A stretch of DNA of 62,971 bases, filler included, from Phoronis australis (GCA_002633005.1; 9 parts of 9 records of this genome joined end to end with filler, not necessarily neighbours in it), one strand, 5' to 3'; positions 11,310 to 24,814 are shown, numbered from the whole stretch's first letter. Notes: generated by a model from the sequence alone, not told the origin. Translations and numbers: made by a program.

Positions 11310-13825
11310 TTGAGTGAAATTAACTGAAAAGACGACAACGGAGATGATGACGAAGATGACGAATATGATGAGGATGGTGGCGATGATGAACAACATCATA
11401 AACATTCGTATGACGAACTTAGATGTCATAAATTAGTAAGAAATAATGCTATAGTCTTGTTCAATAGAAGCTAAACCATAGCAAGAGCGCTCAACAAAGG
11501 AACGCCGCTATTAGAAAATCTCAAATAATTAAAAAGTGGATGTCCTAGCAAAAAATGAAAAATATCTTCTGAAAGCCCGTTCAAAACTCTATCTAAGAGG
11601 TTAGTTGTGCGTAATTCCGTAAATTTAAAAAAAAAATGAAATTTTGCGTTTTTTTTTGAAATTCAAAGTCAAATAACTCGAAAACGGTAAGTCTGAGAAA
11701 AAATTGTTACAGTTCACTTGAAAGACTATACCTCAGAGAATCTACAGGCAAAAATTCACGTCATTTTCTCTACCCGTTTACAATGGTACTCCACATAAGT
11801 CAGATTCGTCATCTTGAAACCAACAACCAGTTTTTTAGCTATGAATAATAGAAAAAAGTAGAGGTCCTAGCGAAAAATGGAAAACATCTTCTGAAAGCCC
11901 GTTCAAAACTATCTAAACTGATGGTATCGCCTAATTCCGTAAATTTTTTGAAAAAAATGAAATTTTGCATTTTTTTAAGAATTTCAAAGACAAATCACTT
12001 GAAAACGGTAAGTCTGAGAAAAAAATTGTTACAGGTCATTTGAAAGAGTATACCTCAAAGAATCCACATAAAAAATCACGTCTTTTTCTCTTCCCGTTTA
12101 AAATGGCACTCCAGCTCGACTGAATATGGGTCAGCATGCGCCAATCCGCCATCTTGAAAACAACTTCCAGTTTTTTGGCTCTCTATAATAGCATGTCATA
12201 AGAAACTAATACCTGCAAAAATTCAAAGGAATTGGCCCTATAATGCGCCCTCTACAGGAGAAAACGTTTTTAGGCCAAAATCGAGGTGAGCATGCGCGAT
12301 CGCCAATATTTCCGCCATCTTTAACCAAAAGTAAACAATTTCCGGTATACTTGCAGCACATTTCCGGTCCATTTACTGTGCCGATTCTTAGCCTTGTACG
12401 TAAAAAATTGTAGCCTCCAGAAGAATTTGAATCTTTAAATGAAAACAAAATGGCCACCACATCCGCCATCATGGATCCAATTATGACGAAAAACAATAGG
12501 CTTCCAGTACTTCCGGACATACAAGTTGTGTACAAATTTTGTGAAAATCAGTCAAAAAATGCGACCTGTAGAGTGCGAACAAACAAAATGAAAGCGCTCC
12601 GAGGAGCGACACTTGGCGAAATTAACAGAAAAGACGACGATAGACATGATGACGAAGAGGACGAATATGACGACAATGGTGGCGATGATGAACAATTCAA
12701 GTAATGATAACATTCACAAGACGATTGTAGAAGCCAGACATCAGTAAGTATAGGCTACAGTCTTGAACGACACTTGGCGAAAGTAACTGAAAAGACGACG
12801 ACGGAGATGATGACGAAGATAACGAATATGATGACGATGGTGATGATGCTGAGCAACATCATAACATTCATATGAAGCACTAAGATGTCATAAATCAGCA
12901 AGAAATAGGCTACATTCTTGTTCAATAGAAACTAAACCAACATCAATGCGGCAAGAGCACTCAACAAAGGAACAGCGCCATCAGAAAATCTCAAATAATT
13001 CAAAAAGTAGACGTCCTAGCGAAAAATGGAAAACATCTTCTGAAAGCCCGTTCAAAACTCTATCTAAACTGATGGTATCGCCTAATTCCATAAATTTTTC
13101 AAAAAAATCGAAATTTTGCGTTTTTTTTGAAATTCAAAGTCAAATAACTCGAAAACGGTAAGTCTGAGAAAACCGTTATCGCAGAACTTTTGAAAGAGCA
13201 TACTTCAAGGAATCCACAAGCAAAAATTCACGTCATTTGCTCTTCCCGTTAAAAAGGCGATTGAAAATGGGTGAAAATGCGCCAGAGCCGCCATCTTGAA
13301 AGTGACTTCCGGTTAAACAAAATTTTATAAAAGCTGATCAATAGCAACAAACACGTGATCAGTTTGAAAGTGATTAATTCGCCAATGCGCCCTCTACAGG
13401 AGAAAACGTTTTTGGCCAGATATCGAGGTGCGCATGCGCCATTGTCACTATTTCCGCCATCTTTAACCGAAAGTCAACGTTTTTCAGTACAGTTGTAGCA
13501 CGTGTTCTACAATAATCGTACCAAGTTTCAGCTCTGTACGTCAACAAATGCGGCCTCTATGAACATGTGAATGTGAAATCGGAAACAAAATGGCCACCAC
13601 TTCCGTCATTTTGAATCTGATCATGACCAAAAACATTAGGCTTCCAGGACTTTCCAATCTACACGTCGAGTGCAAATTTCATGAAAATCGGACGAAAATT
13701 GCGACTTGTAGAGTGCGAACAAAAAAAAACTTGATGTCAGACCAACATATTAATTTATTTCGCCAAGTAAAAAACTTAGTGACAGAGCAACATACTAGGC
13801 GAAATTTATTTCGCCAAGTAAAAAG
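11310..13825. mobile_element. Composite repeat, probable Helentron-associated non-autonomous (HINE-like) elements with internal duplications
   Basis: Three copies of a GAY-rich block (about 11315, 12618, 12778) and three copies of TCTTCTGAAAGCCCGTTCAAAACT (about 11565, 11887, 13036). Two copies of ATGCGCCCTCTACAGGAGAAAACGTTTT. CTTGGCGAAA motifs are inverted with TTTCGCCAAG, and a terminal hairpin GGCGAAATTTATTTCGCC is followed by an A-run. Confidence 0.55.
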
Positions 13826-14488
13826 TTAATACATGCATTGAAAGCTTAAACAATGAGACCTAACATTTGATGAATTTTTTCCTTGATGATTTTTTCACAA
13901 TTGATCAAAGTGTTCTTTGATTGTACTTCTGTCACAAATGGAATGGCCAGATAAAACACATCCACTGAACCAGCTCCCTATCAAAAACTAATCATTGCCT
14001 GTCTGGACTAAGATGATAAGTAATTAATACTGGATTAGGCACAGGCACTGCCACAGTGACAGGTGTATCACAGCTAATGGAGCTCATAGAGAGCTCAGGA
14101 TAGGAATTTTACCGGTTCAATTCTACTAATGAAAGTTGGTAATTGAAGAACTGCGAAAATTAAGTCACCTCTGAATGGTACAGTAACAAAAAGGAGGCAA
14201 AAAAGAATACAGGCGAGTATAATTAAGAATATCTAAGACAATGTGCGTCATTCTCGCAACAAAATAGTGCTAATATTCTTCAATAGCTTGTTCCTGCTAG
14301 GTACCTAAGGAACTGGAGTCAATGGCATCAAAACAAACTGGAGTTTTTGCAGAGAAGTAACTTTGCTCATATCTTAACTAGAATTGGTATTTTACGTGGA
14401 ATGCAGTAACATAACATATCCATGGAATTTTAAACTAGACTGTCCTTGGGTTTTTTATCTCCTCTTCCAACCCCCACTGACCTCTGGT

Positions 14489-14693
14489 AAGGGTGGGTAT
14501 TATGTTTAGGGGTATTACTATTATTAAGGGTAGCTATTATGTTCAGGGGTATTACTATTATTAAGGGTAGGTATTATGTTCAGGGGTATTACTATTATTA
14601 AGGGTGGGTATTATGTTTAGGGGTATTGTTATTATTAAGGTTAGGTATTATGTTCAGGGGTATTGTTATTATTAAGGGTAGGTATTATGTTCA
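14489..14693. repeat. 37-bp minisatellite, about 5.5 copies
   Basis: Unit AAGGGTAGGTATTATGTTCAGGGGTATTACTATTATT starts at 14489, 14526, 14563, 14600, 14637 and 14674. Confidence 0.92.
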
Positions 14694-15883
14694 AGCAAAA
14701 CATATAAGTTTTCCATGTCCATTGGCGTGCACTCTGAGTTTAATTCCAAAAATACTTCGTTCCAAATTCCAAAAAAATTCTTTTGTAAGACGGCAAATAG
14801 ATTGCCGCGATTAAAATACATGGTCAGTCGTGGTGGGCCAAAAAATTCGGGACCTGTCAAACCAAACTTGTTCCCAGGACGTCTGAGCCTGTCTTTCCAT
14901 CACTCTGAAACAGTTAGATGTGCTGAAATCTCCCACTTCGGCAAAAAAACATGCCTCGAATGCCACATTGTCCCCAAAATTCTCACTCAGATTATCAGTT
15001 CCCACTGAGACTTCTGCGTTTTTGGAATCATATGAGTGCTGATCCAATTTGAAAATTTGTGGAAATATTTTTCAAGCAAATTTTTACTAAGAAATTTTTT
15101 TTACATAATTGGGACGCAAATTTGCTGAAACTCTGAACTCCACCAAATTTTAGTGCATCAATACAAGGAAAAATTATTCACAACTTACATGGTTTGTTGA
15201 TTCAATTATCATTACCTGTATCATAAAGTCATTGGTGCTGGTGTACATGTTGTACTGCACGGACTATGTAGGGTCAGGATTACTTGAAAATTTTATATCG
15301 TACGGTTGTCATGAACAAACACACATGAAAATTTGAGCATTTTTGGTAATACAGTGAGCGACTGAAAATTAGGCCATTCTTTCTGCTTCAATTGGAAGAG
15401 AATTTACCGTAGGCATAGAATATCTTATATCATTATACCATTATACCATATGGTGATTCTCCAAAGTTCTATGCACTCCAGGGTGGAACAGTGAAGTTTG
15501 GCAAAATTTCTCATGTTGAATAAATTCTATCCCACTGTAAGCATGGCGCTTTGTGCAGTGGCCACAAAACCGTGCTGTAAATTCTGAGCTTTTGTAGCAG
15601 CCAGCCATCCAAAAATAGCAGATGAAATGTACTTGTATTCAAACACTGTGCTGCTCTACGAAATGCTTTACACCATGTTTGTAAATCTTAAGCTATGTTT
15701 GAAAAGCCTGAGTTTTTCTGTTTTTAATAAAAAATAATTGCAGGTGGACTGGTACACGTTGTACCAGACGTGCGCAAGCCACGCATGTGGGCCCATTGCA
15801 CAGATCAACTGGAATCATTTTCATGCTTTATCAATATATAGTTAAAACTGAGCTGAGGAGCTAGAAGCCGGACTCAGGGTCTA

Positions 15884-15960
15884 GCAGTGTGACCCAGTGG
15901 GGCTCGAACCCATGACCTCGGGTAAAGAAAGTGGGCACCTATCATACTAGGCCACAATGC
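15884..15960 (-). mobile_element. tRNA-derived SINE-like head
   Basis: Minus strand has A-box-like TGGCCTAGTATG and B-box GGTTCGAGCCC at tRNA spacing. No clean cloverleaf is evident. Confidence 0.5.
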
Positions 15961-18667
15961 TCTTTTCTGCTCTTAAGCCAGATTGAAATTGTGATCCAAA
16001 GTGGCGGGGGNNNNNNNNNNNGGGGAGGTGGAGGGATTCCCCCCACCCGCCGAGGAAAAATTTGTTACATAAATAAGGTCGTTTCCTTGCATCTTATTTT
16101 CACGTTTTTTTCTTGCTCAAAGGACGGCACATAGGGAAACTAAACAAAAATTAGGAGGTTTGTTCCATTTAGGATGTGTGTATTGTCACTATACTGCAAA
16201 AATCGAGATCTGTAAATCTTTTTAGAATGATAATCTGTGTAGAGCTGCATGTTAAACAGATAATCCACAGCATGAATACAGGACTCAATATATCTTGAAG
16301 CGCTCAAAAGAGAAGTGTATTACTTTAATGCAGTTGAGAAACCATTTAAAATTATGAGAAGACAATAAAGTTGCATTCGAAAGGACATGAAGAAATATAT
16401 CCTAGAGTACATGTCTATGTTTCATTACTCGCACTGTACTGCAATTCACGAGTCTACAAAAACAAGACCATAATATCCATATCCTCCACAAATTCACAAG
16501 TCAGTACCACCAGTGCTCAACACGGGCGAAAATCTCTGCTGGAAAATAGGAGTGACGGCGTATGTGCACTCGCGCGTGTATACCCTGACTTGGCTTCGTA
16601 AAGGATCGTGACCAAAAAAAAACAACGTCGAAACTCCGTGTTTGAATTTGGCATTCATATCTTTACATTTCTAAACGTTTTTTCGAGCGCTTTACTCGTA
16701 AATGTCACGTCGTTTGGCTTCAAGCGTCGCCAGTGGTTGCCGGAGACATCGTAGTTGTTACCGTCTTTTGCAGTGCATTATAAGTGGACGCTTTGTTGAA
16801 TTGAAACTTACCAGGTCGGAAGTCAATCACAGTCTTTCATAGTACGCTACAAGAAATTTATTCTTAAAAAGAACCATTCGTTTCTCGCAGTATAAGAGTC
16901 ATATCCCCTGGCCTGGTTCACGGCCGAAGTAACAGGTGCTGAGCACGTGACTGGCTGACCCACTTTTTCCATATACGGCACGCACTGCCACACACAGAGG
17001 ATAAAGTCGAATCACCCAATAATCATGGAATTCCACAAAAAGTTGAACTATTTCAAGGCATTTACTTTCATGCTAAGTTATTCATTGAATACGTAACCAA
17101 CATTACACACCACTTTTTTCTCGTAAAGTTTGCACTGCATTCTCGCGCATCAATACAAGTCGTTCAGCCGTGCAGATTTTTTTGATATTTTTATTCATTC
17201 GTTCGAGTTGCAACGGAACTATGCGAACAAACTAAGGAAGTTTGCGGTAAGTTTTATCTGGTTTGCATGTTCAACGACATTGATGGCATTTGTACGGCAG
17301 GTCAATGCTAGAATTTTGGCGGGTATAATTTTTTTTTCGAAGTGTACGTTCTCAGCTATTTCAAATTGGCTACTCCGTCGAATACATCAAGTGCCGCTTC
17401 AACTTCCACGTCGGCAACTAGCATTAGCGGTACGGCAAATCCTTTGAACTTTGGGTGTGGGTTCTTCAATTTCAAAGATTAAGTGTCCATGTACGGTAGT
17501 TAGCGCTGGATGCAATGTTTCTCGACACTGGTCCTGCGGGGGATTCCGTATGAAGTCACCTTGACTTCACAGAACAGGAAGGTATTCCCCAAAGATGGCT
17601 GCCAGTATTTGCCAATCATTATTGTGACATTTATAGTAAAAATAGACGGAAAAAAAATTGCTAATGTTGAGTTATTACTTAATATTTAGCAAACTTAAAC
17701 AATGAATTGTAGGTTTCAATAAAATTTATTAATAATAAATAATAAAATTCTTCGTTTAGCGTTCATTTTCGCTGAGGTTGTCTTGGAACAGGCCGTATTT
17801 TTTCCGTCTTGACCGTGCCGTCCAATGCCGTCATTTTTTTATAAGGGCCGTCCCAAGGACGGCCGCTAGATGAGTCCCTGTTTGAAAGGATGATTTCACG
17901 AGAACGTCGTTAAAAACTCAGATGTTTTCAAATATATTAGCACGCTGCAAAATGTCATACCACGAAGCTTTATGAAGCTCAAATGGCAGTCCACTTACTG
18001 TATCAGTAAGTACTATTTCATATCACTGAAAGGAACTATACTTCGTTACCTGTGCCATTGTATTGTTAGTGTTGTTCTGACGAATGTGTTTGGTTGGAAC
18101 TCTTATGGTCCTGTTTCGTTGTTATGTCGTTTGCGTATTCACTGTTTAGTATATCTGGCGGTGGATTAAAACCACGGACAATTCGTTTGCGGCCGACACA
18201 AACCGTTTGTAATTATACGATGAGAGGGGGATGCGATGAATTGCTCAATTCAAATCTGGGTTGAAGTCGGGAATGGGCGATTGCACGGGCATGGGCGTTG
18301 ACCCGCGAGTTTACAGTAAGTGCACTGCTATAGACAGGACAACAAACATACGACAGCATTTAAATGCCAAACACACAAAAAATTGTAATTATGAGAAAAA
18401 ATCATAACTACGAGAAAAAATACATGATTAAGGGAAAAAAGTCACTTTTTTGGTGTTTGGCACGAAAATGCTGCCGTACAAACAACATAAGTATGCAACC
18501 AATACTAAGACTTCCAGAAAAACAAGACTCGGGTTGTGATGAACCATCAGAACAAATGGGCATTTCATCGATGAGTGACAATAATAAGGCTAGTACAGGC
18601 TTAATATGCGACAATCTTATCTAACTCGTCTGACTTTGATATCATTGTGTAACTACCAATGCACTTA

Positions 18668-18921
18668 CCGTAATCGTTCGGGTTAACGCCCTGGGCGGTT
18701 AAATTGGCAAACCCAAAAATTCGGGGGTGGGCGGTTAACCAGACATGGGCGCTTAAACGTGAAATTTCAAGAAATCCAGGGTGGGCGGTTAACCGAACAT
18801 GGGCGCTTATTACGACAGGCAAGCGCCCTGGGCGGTTAATCTTACCTCGTGATCTAAGTCCCCACACCACACACGCACTCGGAACGCGTAGCACTTTTCA
18901 AAGAGCGTTATCGTCACGTCG
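18668..18921. mobile_element. Left end of a Tc/mariner-like (CCGTA) non-autonomous element, cut by a gap
   Basis: Near-identical to 47462-47710 and preceded by TA. Confidence 0.85.
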
Positions 18922-19249
18922 NNNNNNNNNNNNNNNNNNNNNNNNNNNNNNNNNNNNNNNNNNNNTTAATTAATTAANNNNNNNNNNNNNNNNNNNNNNN
19001 NNNNNNNNNNNNNNNNNNNNNGCATGTCCTGGTAGCCTACACAGTATACTGCTGAGTGCTGTAGACTAGAAGACCAAGTGTTAGACCAGAAAATTGAATG
19101 GACATAGAACGGCATAGCAACGTTTCAAGGCACCAACAGTAGTACTAAAGCTGAAGTTGCTGAAAGCGATACAGATGTTATCCAAGATTTCCCAAGAAAA
19201 TCAATTATACTTCCAAAATCTGAAACACCCAATTAACCTGAACAAGATA

Positions 19250-21826
19250 GGAACATTCTGAAACATGAGTGCATCATTTGTTAGCAGGAAAAGTACTATG
19301 GGCCACATTTCAAGAAAGAGAAAGAAGTTTAGCTTTCAAAAACAGGTACGTGTTTTTGAAAAATAAGTATTGGTGTTTTCCATGTGTGTTTCAGTATTAT
19401 CACCAGTTGTTTTTTAACTTGTTCAGCCCCTTGGCTGCCTAGGCCTTAGACAATACTGCTGACCAAGTAGAGTCGATGATCATACCATAGGTACTCCATA
19501 TGCCTAATACTTTTCGGCAAATTATGTTCCTATAAGTTTAGAAATACCGCGTAGAGAGATGCCTCTGAGGAGGTCGTTAATGTTTTCATTTGTTCCCAGT
19601 TTAAACAAATACTCCTGCAGTCCTGTTTTTCGAACTCTCCATTCAGTTGCCTCATCGACGCTGCTTGCGCTAAGGGATATCCTATGGCTTTATACTGTGG
19701 GTGTGATTTTAAAGCACCTTAAGTCAAAAATTTTTGAGAAGGTTAAATGGAGTAGATGGTTGCAAACAACATGCCCAAGTGGCCGTCATCTCCTGCCGTA
19801 GTCTCAATTTTTTGTAAACATTAATTACTTAGGTAGGTGCAATGATAATTAAATTAAAGTGCTTAAGTGGCCATCGTCGCCGTCGAAATTTGAGGACGAT
19901 GGAAGCCACTGTCCATTTCATCAAACGTCGATTACCTTAAAGTGTAAATCAATTGACTATGGTTTGAGCATCTGATTTAAAAAATAAATTTCAATCACTG
20001 CACTGGTATATCAGCTGATTTATTTTCAGTTGCGTCAACTGATCTAATTATTAGACGATCAACATTATTAGGCTACAGATCAGACGGCATGTAAATTTGT
20101 TAGGCTGGTGGTGAATCAGTGCCTGATAAGTCCGTCTCAAAAAGTTGCATGCCAACTCACTCATAGTTGAATGTTAAGTTAGTCATGTTAACAGTTCGGG
20201 TTTTTTTCAGTTGGACTTGTATCGCAAGCAACAGCTCAGTCCAGAGCCCTGAATATGCAAATGAAATTCAAAGATAAAGACCTTGTGTCTTAGAAGCCAA
20301 GTTCCACAAATCATCATGCTATAAAAAATAGAAAGACAACGATTGTGAAGAGTGACGAATTCACAGTTTTCAGAGATGTTTTTCTACAGTTTTGTTTGGA
20401 TTTCATTGAATCGAAGCTTCTAACACAAGGAGATGTCATTTGCCTTTCAAAACTAAAGCAAGACTTTGAAGCTGTTTTTCAGAAAGCTGGTGTGCATGAA
20501 GTTATTTGGACAGGCAGTCTTAAGAAACGACTGTTGAAGCTACTTACTATTGTAGTTTGTGCCAAACTAAGAGATACGAAATAAAATTGAGGTTAGTGTT
20601 CAATAATTTACTTGCTGACTCTAATTAACACATCCCATTATAGCATATTGTGAATCAAACGTTTGCCCAAATCCTGCCCACCTCCAAACAAGTACTTAGG
20701 GTTTGACCCTTCATTGCATGCGGGCCAAATGCCAGTGTGCAGTGCTGTACCCTCTCTAATCGACCATAGTTGGCTCCTTGGCGGTGGAGCTTTGCAGTTA
20801 AAATGTATGGCTATGCCCGCAGCTCCATTGACAGTACTAAACGATGAATGCTGCAAGTGCAAAAAGAACTGTCGAATATATCTTCAACTCGTCAACAATA
20901 CAAGCAGACCTGGTGTGTGTAGAAAGCATTTTTATCAACAATTTACAAGAAGAAACTTAACCCTGCATTCAGCATAATACCTATTCCGTAACACTATCGT
21001 GACGATCGCCGCAGTTTGGTCATATTTCCTTTTCATGTTTTGAACCTAGTTTTCCGAAAAAACTTATACCATTTCCACAGACAACATTTTGGTGCATTGA
21101 CTTGTTCTCTAATGTATATTTCTACGTCTGTGTGGTTAATTATCGACACATTTTTAAGATTTAATATCCAGGTTGGACTCGAAAGACCGGCCATTTAACT
21201 CACGCTCTGTAAATTTCCGCTTTGTTTATCGTACTGAGCCTCGCTTTGGATTTTAATGTCCGTCGCTTGAGTTAGGTCTATGAGCACATTTCAACGCGCA
21301 GAAATATAGGTGGAAATTTATTATTTAGAAGCTGATTGTGCATGCGATTTTTATATACTCACGTTTGCAAATAAATGGCATCGTAGTGGTGAAATGGTAG
21401 TATATGTTTTTCTGTATAATTAAGGAATAAGTCCATTGTGACATTATCTATTACATCCCCGATCTGTATACGATTCTTTTCACTCCAAATCTCTGTGCCA
21501 GTTAAAACCACGCGGACGTTAAGATCTATGAACATCTAAAAAAACAAACACAATTATGTAGCCTAAGTGCATGGTAAAAAATTCGGTTGGATCGTGATCG
21601 AAACATGAATCCAGGCAAATTGCTATTTTAATATGGTATTTTTTTACCAGACCAAACAAAATTTCGGTAAGTTTGTTGGCAAATGTAGCTTCATGCAGTC
21701 TCAGACTTATAAAAACACCGTAACGATAATACATTGTATGGGAGGACACTTACATGTACCAAAATTTGACCTATGGGTGTGGTTGGTTTGTAACCTTCTC
21801 ACCATATCAATCCATTTCGTGAGCTA
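19250..21826 (+). mobile_element. Highly decayed Academ-like transposon remnant
   Basis: Broken peptides KHECIIC*QEK (about 19261), KDKDLV./LEAKFHKSSCYKK (about 20270-20330) and VPSLIDHSWLLGGGALQLKCMAMPAAPLTVLNDECCKCKKNC (about 20745-20875) resemble the Academ N-terminal and Cys-rich C-terminal motifs. A possible end is ...GTGAGCTA at 21826. Confidence 0.5.
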
Positions 21827-22219
21827 AGTGGATCATTTGTAAATAGTAATAAATACACGTGTAACAAGCTGATACTTTTGAACACGAAATGCCAAAACAA
21901 TGGCCTGTTTCTTAGCAAACGTTTACATTCCCATGTTCTAATTATAGCAACTCATATAACGCAACTCTCATATGCAGTATTTTGAAATGTTTTATTCAGT
22001 TGCAAAAAAAATCTTAAGGATTGTAATAATTCTTAAGCTTCTCTTCAACATTACATAAGGACAGCAAATGTTGCAAAGCGTATCGGATGACGCAGTTATG
22101 TCAATAAAAGTACAAAGCGCTTAGTTTGTACCTGTTGTTCCATAACAATAACAATATGCACATACATTGGCATTCAATTTCAAATCCCACAATATTGTTA
22201 AACCATCAGTTAGTACAAT

Positions 22220-22269
22220 CAAGGAGTGTAGTAGTATAGGAGAGTTCACTTGTGAGTTCGCTGTTACCG
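22220..22269. repeat. 50-bp sequence repeated in direct orientation at 25577-25626
   Basis: CAAGGAGTGTAGTAGTATAGGAGAGTTCACTTGTRAGTTCGCTGTTACCG with one mismatch. The first copy lies about 60 bp upstream of the THAP ATG. Confidence 0.88.
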
Positions 22270-22328
22270 CTACTACTAGCGCCGCCAAGTGATGAACAAG
22301 CAACTGTCAAACAAGAAGCGCCAAAACA

Positions 22329-22426
22329 ATGGGGAAGGACGCATTTTGCAGTGCGATAAATTTCATGAATTCATCAACGAAAACCCCAGACGTGTCATTT
22401 TTTAGGTTTCCTAATGATTCAGAAAG
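22329..22426 (+). pseudogene. THAP domain exon 1 (THAP12/PRKRIR-like)
   Basis: ATG...MGKDAFCSAINFMNSSTKTPDVSFFRFPNDSE(R), then a GTaagg donor. The second Zn-ligand Cys is replaced by Phe (TGC>TTC). Confidence 0.72.
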
Positions 22427-23123
22427 GTAAGGATTATCTGTTATTCAACAAAATGATACATTGGCTTTCATTTTGTGTGTTCTGTTCACGGTTGTTAGAC
22501 AAGTAAATCACAGTTCCGTTGCCACTGTTCTGACTGTTGTCTGCAGTGTAGGCTAGGCCTACTGTACAACCGGGCTGCCGGTGGAAGGACTATGATGAAC
22601 GTACGATGTGATCGTCAGCATTTTGGATACTTGCAGTCCATCAATTCCAAATCAAAATGTCACCTGCGCGATCACAGGGACAATTTTAGGAAAACATACC
22701 CATTTGCCCATGATGGCCATGAGTAATATGACTGGTGATACAGCCATGGCACAATCACAGCCACAGGGCCTCTAAGTCTGTCATGAGTCAAGTTAGCGAA
22801 TCTGTGGGTCTCGGTGAAAAGGTGAAAAATCCGAACATAATTTTAATGTGCCAGTTGGACCAATTAAGTTAAGCAGTGCGTCATTGAAAACTTAATTCTA
22901 TGTGTCAATGATGCGAGGGCGCGGCCCTGTTAAAATATCCGTGGATCAACATTTGAGTCTGAGTTTTTTTCAGTTGCCACCAAAACCCTTTTGTCTCTGT
23001 CACAATTACAGTACGACAGGAATTCTGTAGTGCAGTGTACTTTAGTATAGGCTACCAGTCTTCTGTGAACCTAGTGAGAATGAGGTTTGTTCCTGAGTCT
23101 CTCAGTCATTGATTTCTGTTCAG

Positions 23124-23235
23124 GTGCAAGCGCTGGGAGCTGACCTTATGAATAGAGATGCAACCCATTTGTCCAAGAACCGCAAGTTATGCTCTCATCA
23201 CTTCGAGGAGTCCATGTTCATGAATGAAGAACAAG
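23124..23235 (+). pseudogene. THAP domain exon 2, frameshifted
   Basis: A ttcAG acceptor is phase-compatible with exon 1. It reads (R)CKRW, then after a frameshifting deletion ADLMNRDATHLSKNRKLCSHHFEESMFMNEEQ. Confidence 0.72.
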
Positions 23236-24173
23236 CTGGTATNCAAATCGCTCATTTGATGAAGTGACAACCATTTTCTTTTCCATGCCTAGAAAATAAA
23301 ACGAAGGAAGTGGCGAACAACTTCTTATTCACATAAAAAGCAATAGTTGCTGCAAATGTTAGAAATTGCGAATAATAAAATTAAAACTAATAAAACAAAA
23401 ACAAATTCCGAAGTTGGCCAAAGCTGATCAAAACTGTGTCTGGCACTGTTCTAAAGTTTAACTAAGCTATTTGGTTCATGGTTGCCCGACATTACCTTAG
23501 CAAAAATATAGGGTCTCGGAAAAGAAATATTTATATTGCCTGAAAACTGCTTTTATGCTGGGTTTTGGGCTTCACGTCGCGCATAGCTCAATTTGTAAGG
23601 TACGCAGTAGTAATGTACAGTACATCAGTTTTTGTGCATTTTTACCAAGCTGTATAATGTTTGAACTATGAACGGTATCGAGTCTCGAGTCACCCAAGTA
23701 ACATTACGTAGCTTCCATCGCAGCGTCAGGTCAAAGTTACGTTCAGGCGGTGGTTATGTAAATTTAGCTGTCAGTGGGGCTCAGCCGGCCATGATTGTCA
23801 AAAGACATTTATAAAGCGTTTTCAATTAAAAATTATAACGTTTTATTTAATAGCTGGTTGCAACCCAACAGCTGTTGGAAGCATTAATTAGTCGTTTGAG
23901 AAGTATGCTTACAAAAGATTGTTTAATCATGCCACTGTCGAGACTACGATTGAAGATTAGTAGCCTACAATAATACTATTCGGAATAGTATTATTGTGGA
24001 CAGTGATGATGAGATTTGTCCTTATAGGCGCCAAAGGTATCATTTTTGAATTAACCCAAGGGTCTTCATAAACCCAGCTAAGTAAGCCAATCTTTGGTTT
24101 AACATCAGACGTTTAGTAGGTTTACCTATAACACTCAAGTTCGAAAGAGAAGTTTGGCAGTTAGGTCACTCAC

Positions 24174-24254
24174 CTTGATCCGTATTCCATGCGTCTTGGT
24201 TGGAATCTTGACGTGAATATACCCAGCCTTTTGGATAGGTTTTACGTTATCCAT
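24174..24254 (-). CDS. Candidate first coding exon, PH-domain-like N-terminus
   Basis: Exon 24276-24174 lies between tgacAG and GTgagt, with an in-frame TGA upstream of the ATG. It encodes MDNVKPIQKAGYIHVKIPTKTHGIRIK, like the KxGYL beta-1 strand of PH domains. Confidence 0.5.
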
Positions 24255-24814
24255 GTCGGACAATCAAGGATCGAACCTGTCAATGTCACTTAAAACCCTG
24301 GTGACCAGTGGAGAGGGTCTGCCCGGGCAACTTACACAACGATTGCAGTCAGGATGATAACGAAATGTTAGGATTGCATAACCAGATAATTTTGGCTGTC
24401 AGCAATACGCAGAGCCAACGCATTCCGGAAAAATCTAATCTACATTTCGAGTCATCATTTTTCAACCTGGATAACTGAAAGTGCATCCATATTTCAGACT
24501 ATCCAACAAGGTTTGTTTGCTGGTTTGAACTGTGCCTTGGCCTTTGATCCGCTACAAATAAGCGCCCTCTTACGGTGAAAGGCGTGCCGGGATACGCAAA
24601 TGATAAGACGAAAATTATCAGCGTTTGGTACTCGTGCCGACTGCAGAAGTTCCGACTTAGATACCGGTTTGCGAACTCAGTACCATCTGCAGTGCTGTAG
24701 TGGGGCGTAGGCGCACGCAGGCGCAGCCAACCACCTTTTGGTGTTCAAGTGAACGTAGCGCCTACGCACCGGCAGTGCTCACGGTGATACGGTGGGCTTT
24801 GGGCGCCTACTTAC

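Noticed and set aside
15884-15960. Functional tRNA genes (also about 8410-8490 and 53150-53195)
   Set aside because: A/B-box-like motifs are present (B-box only at 53150-53195), but no consistent acceptor or anticodon stems are visible. They are treated as SINE-like remnants.
16500-16990. Minus-strand splice pair (GTAAGT donor at 16811, ttttccAG acceptor about 16539) as PH-gene exons
   Set aside because: No continuous open frame or recognisable motif was found.
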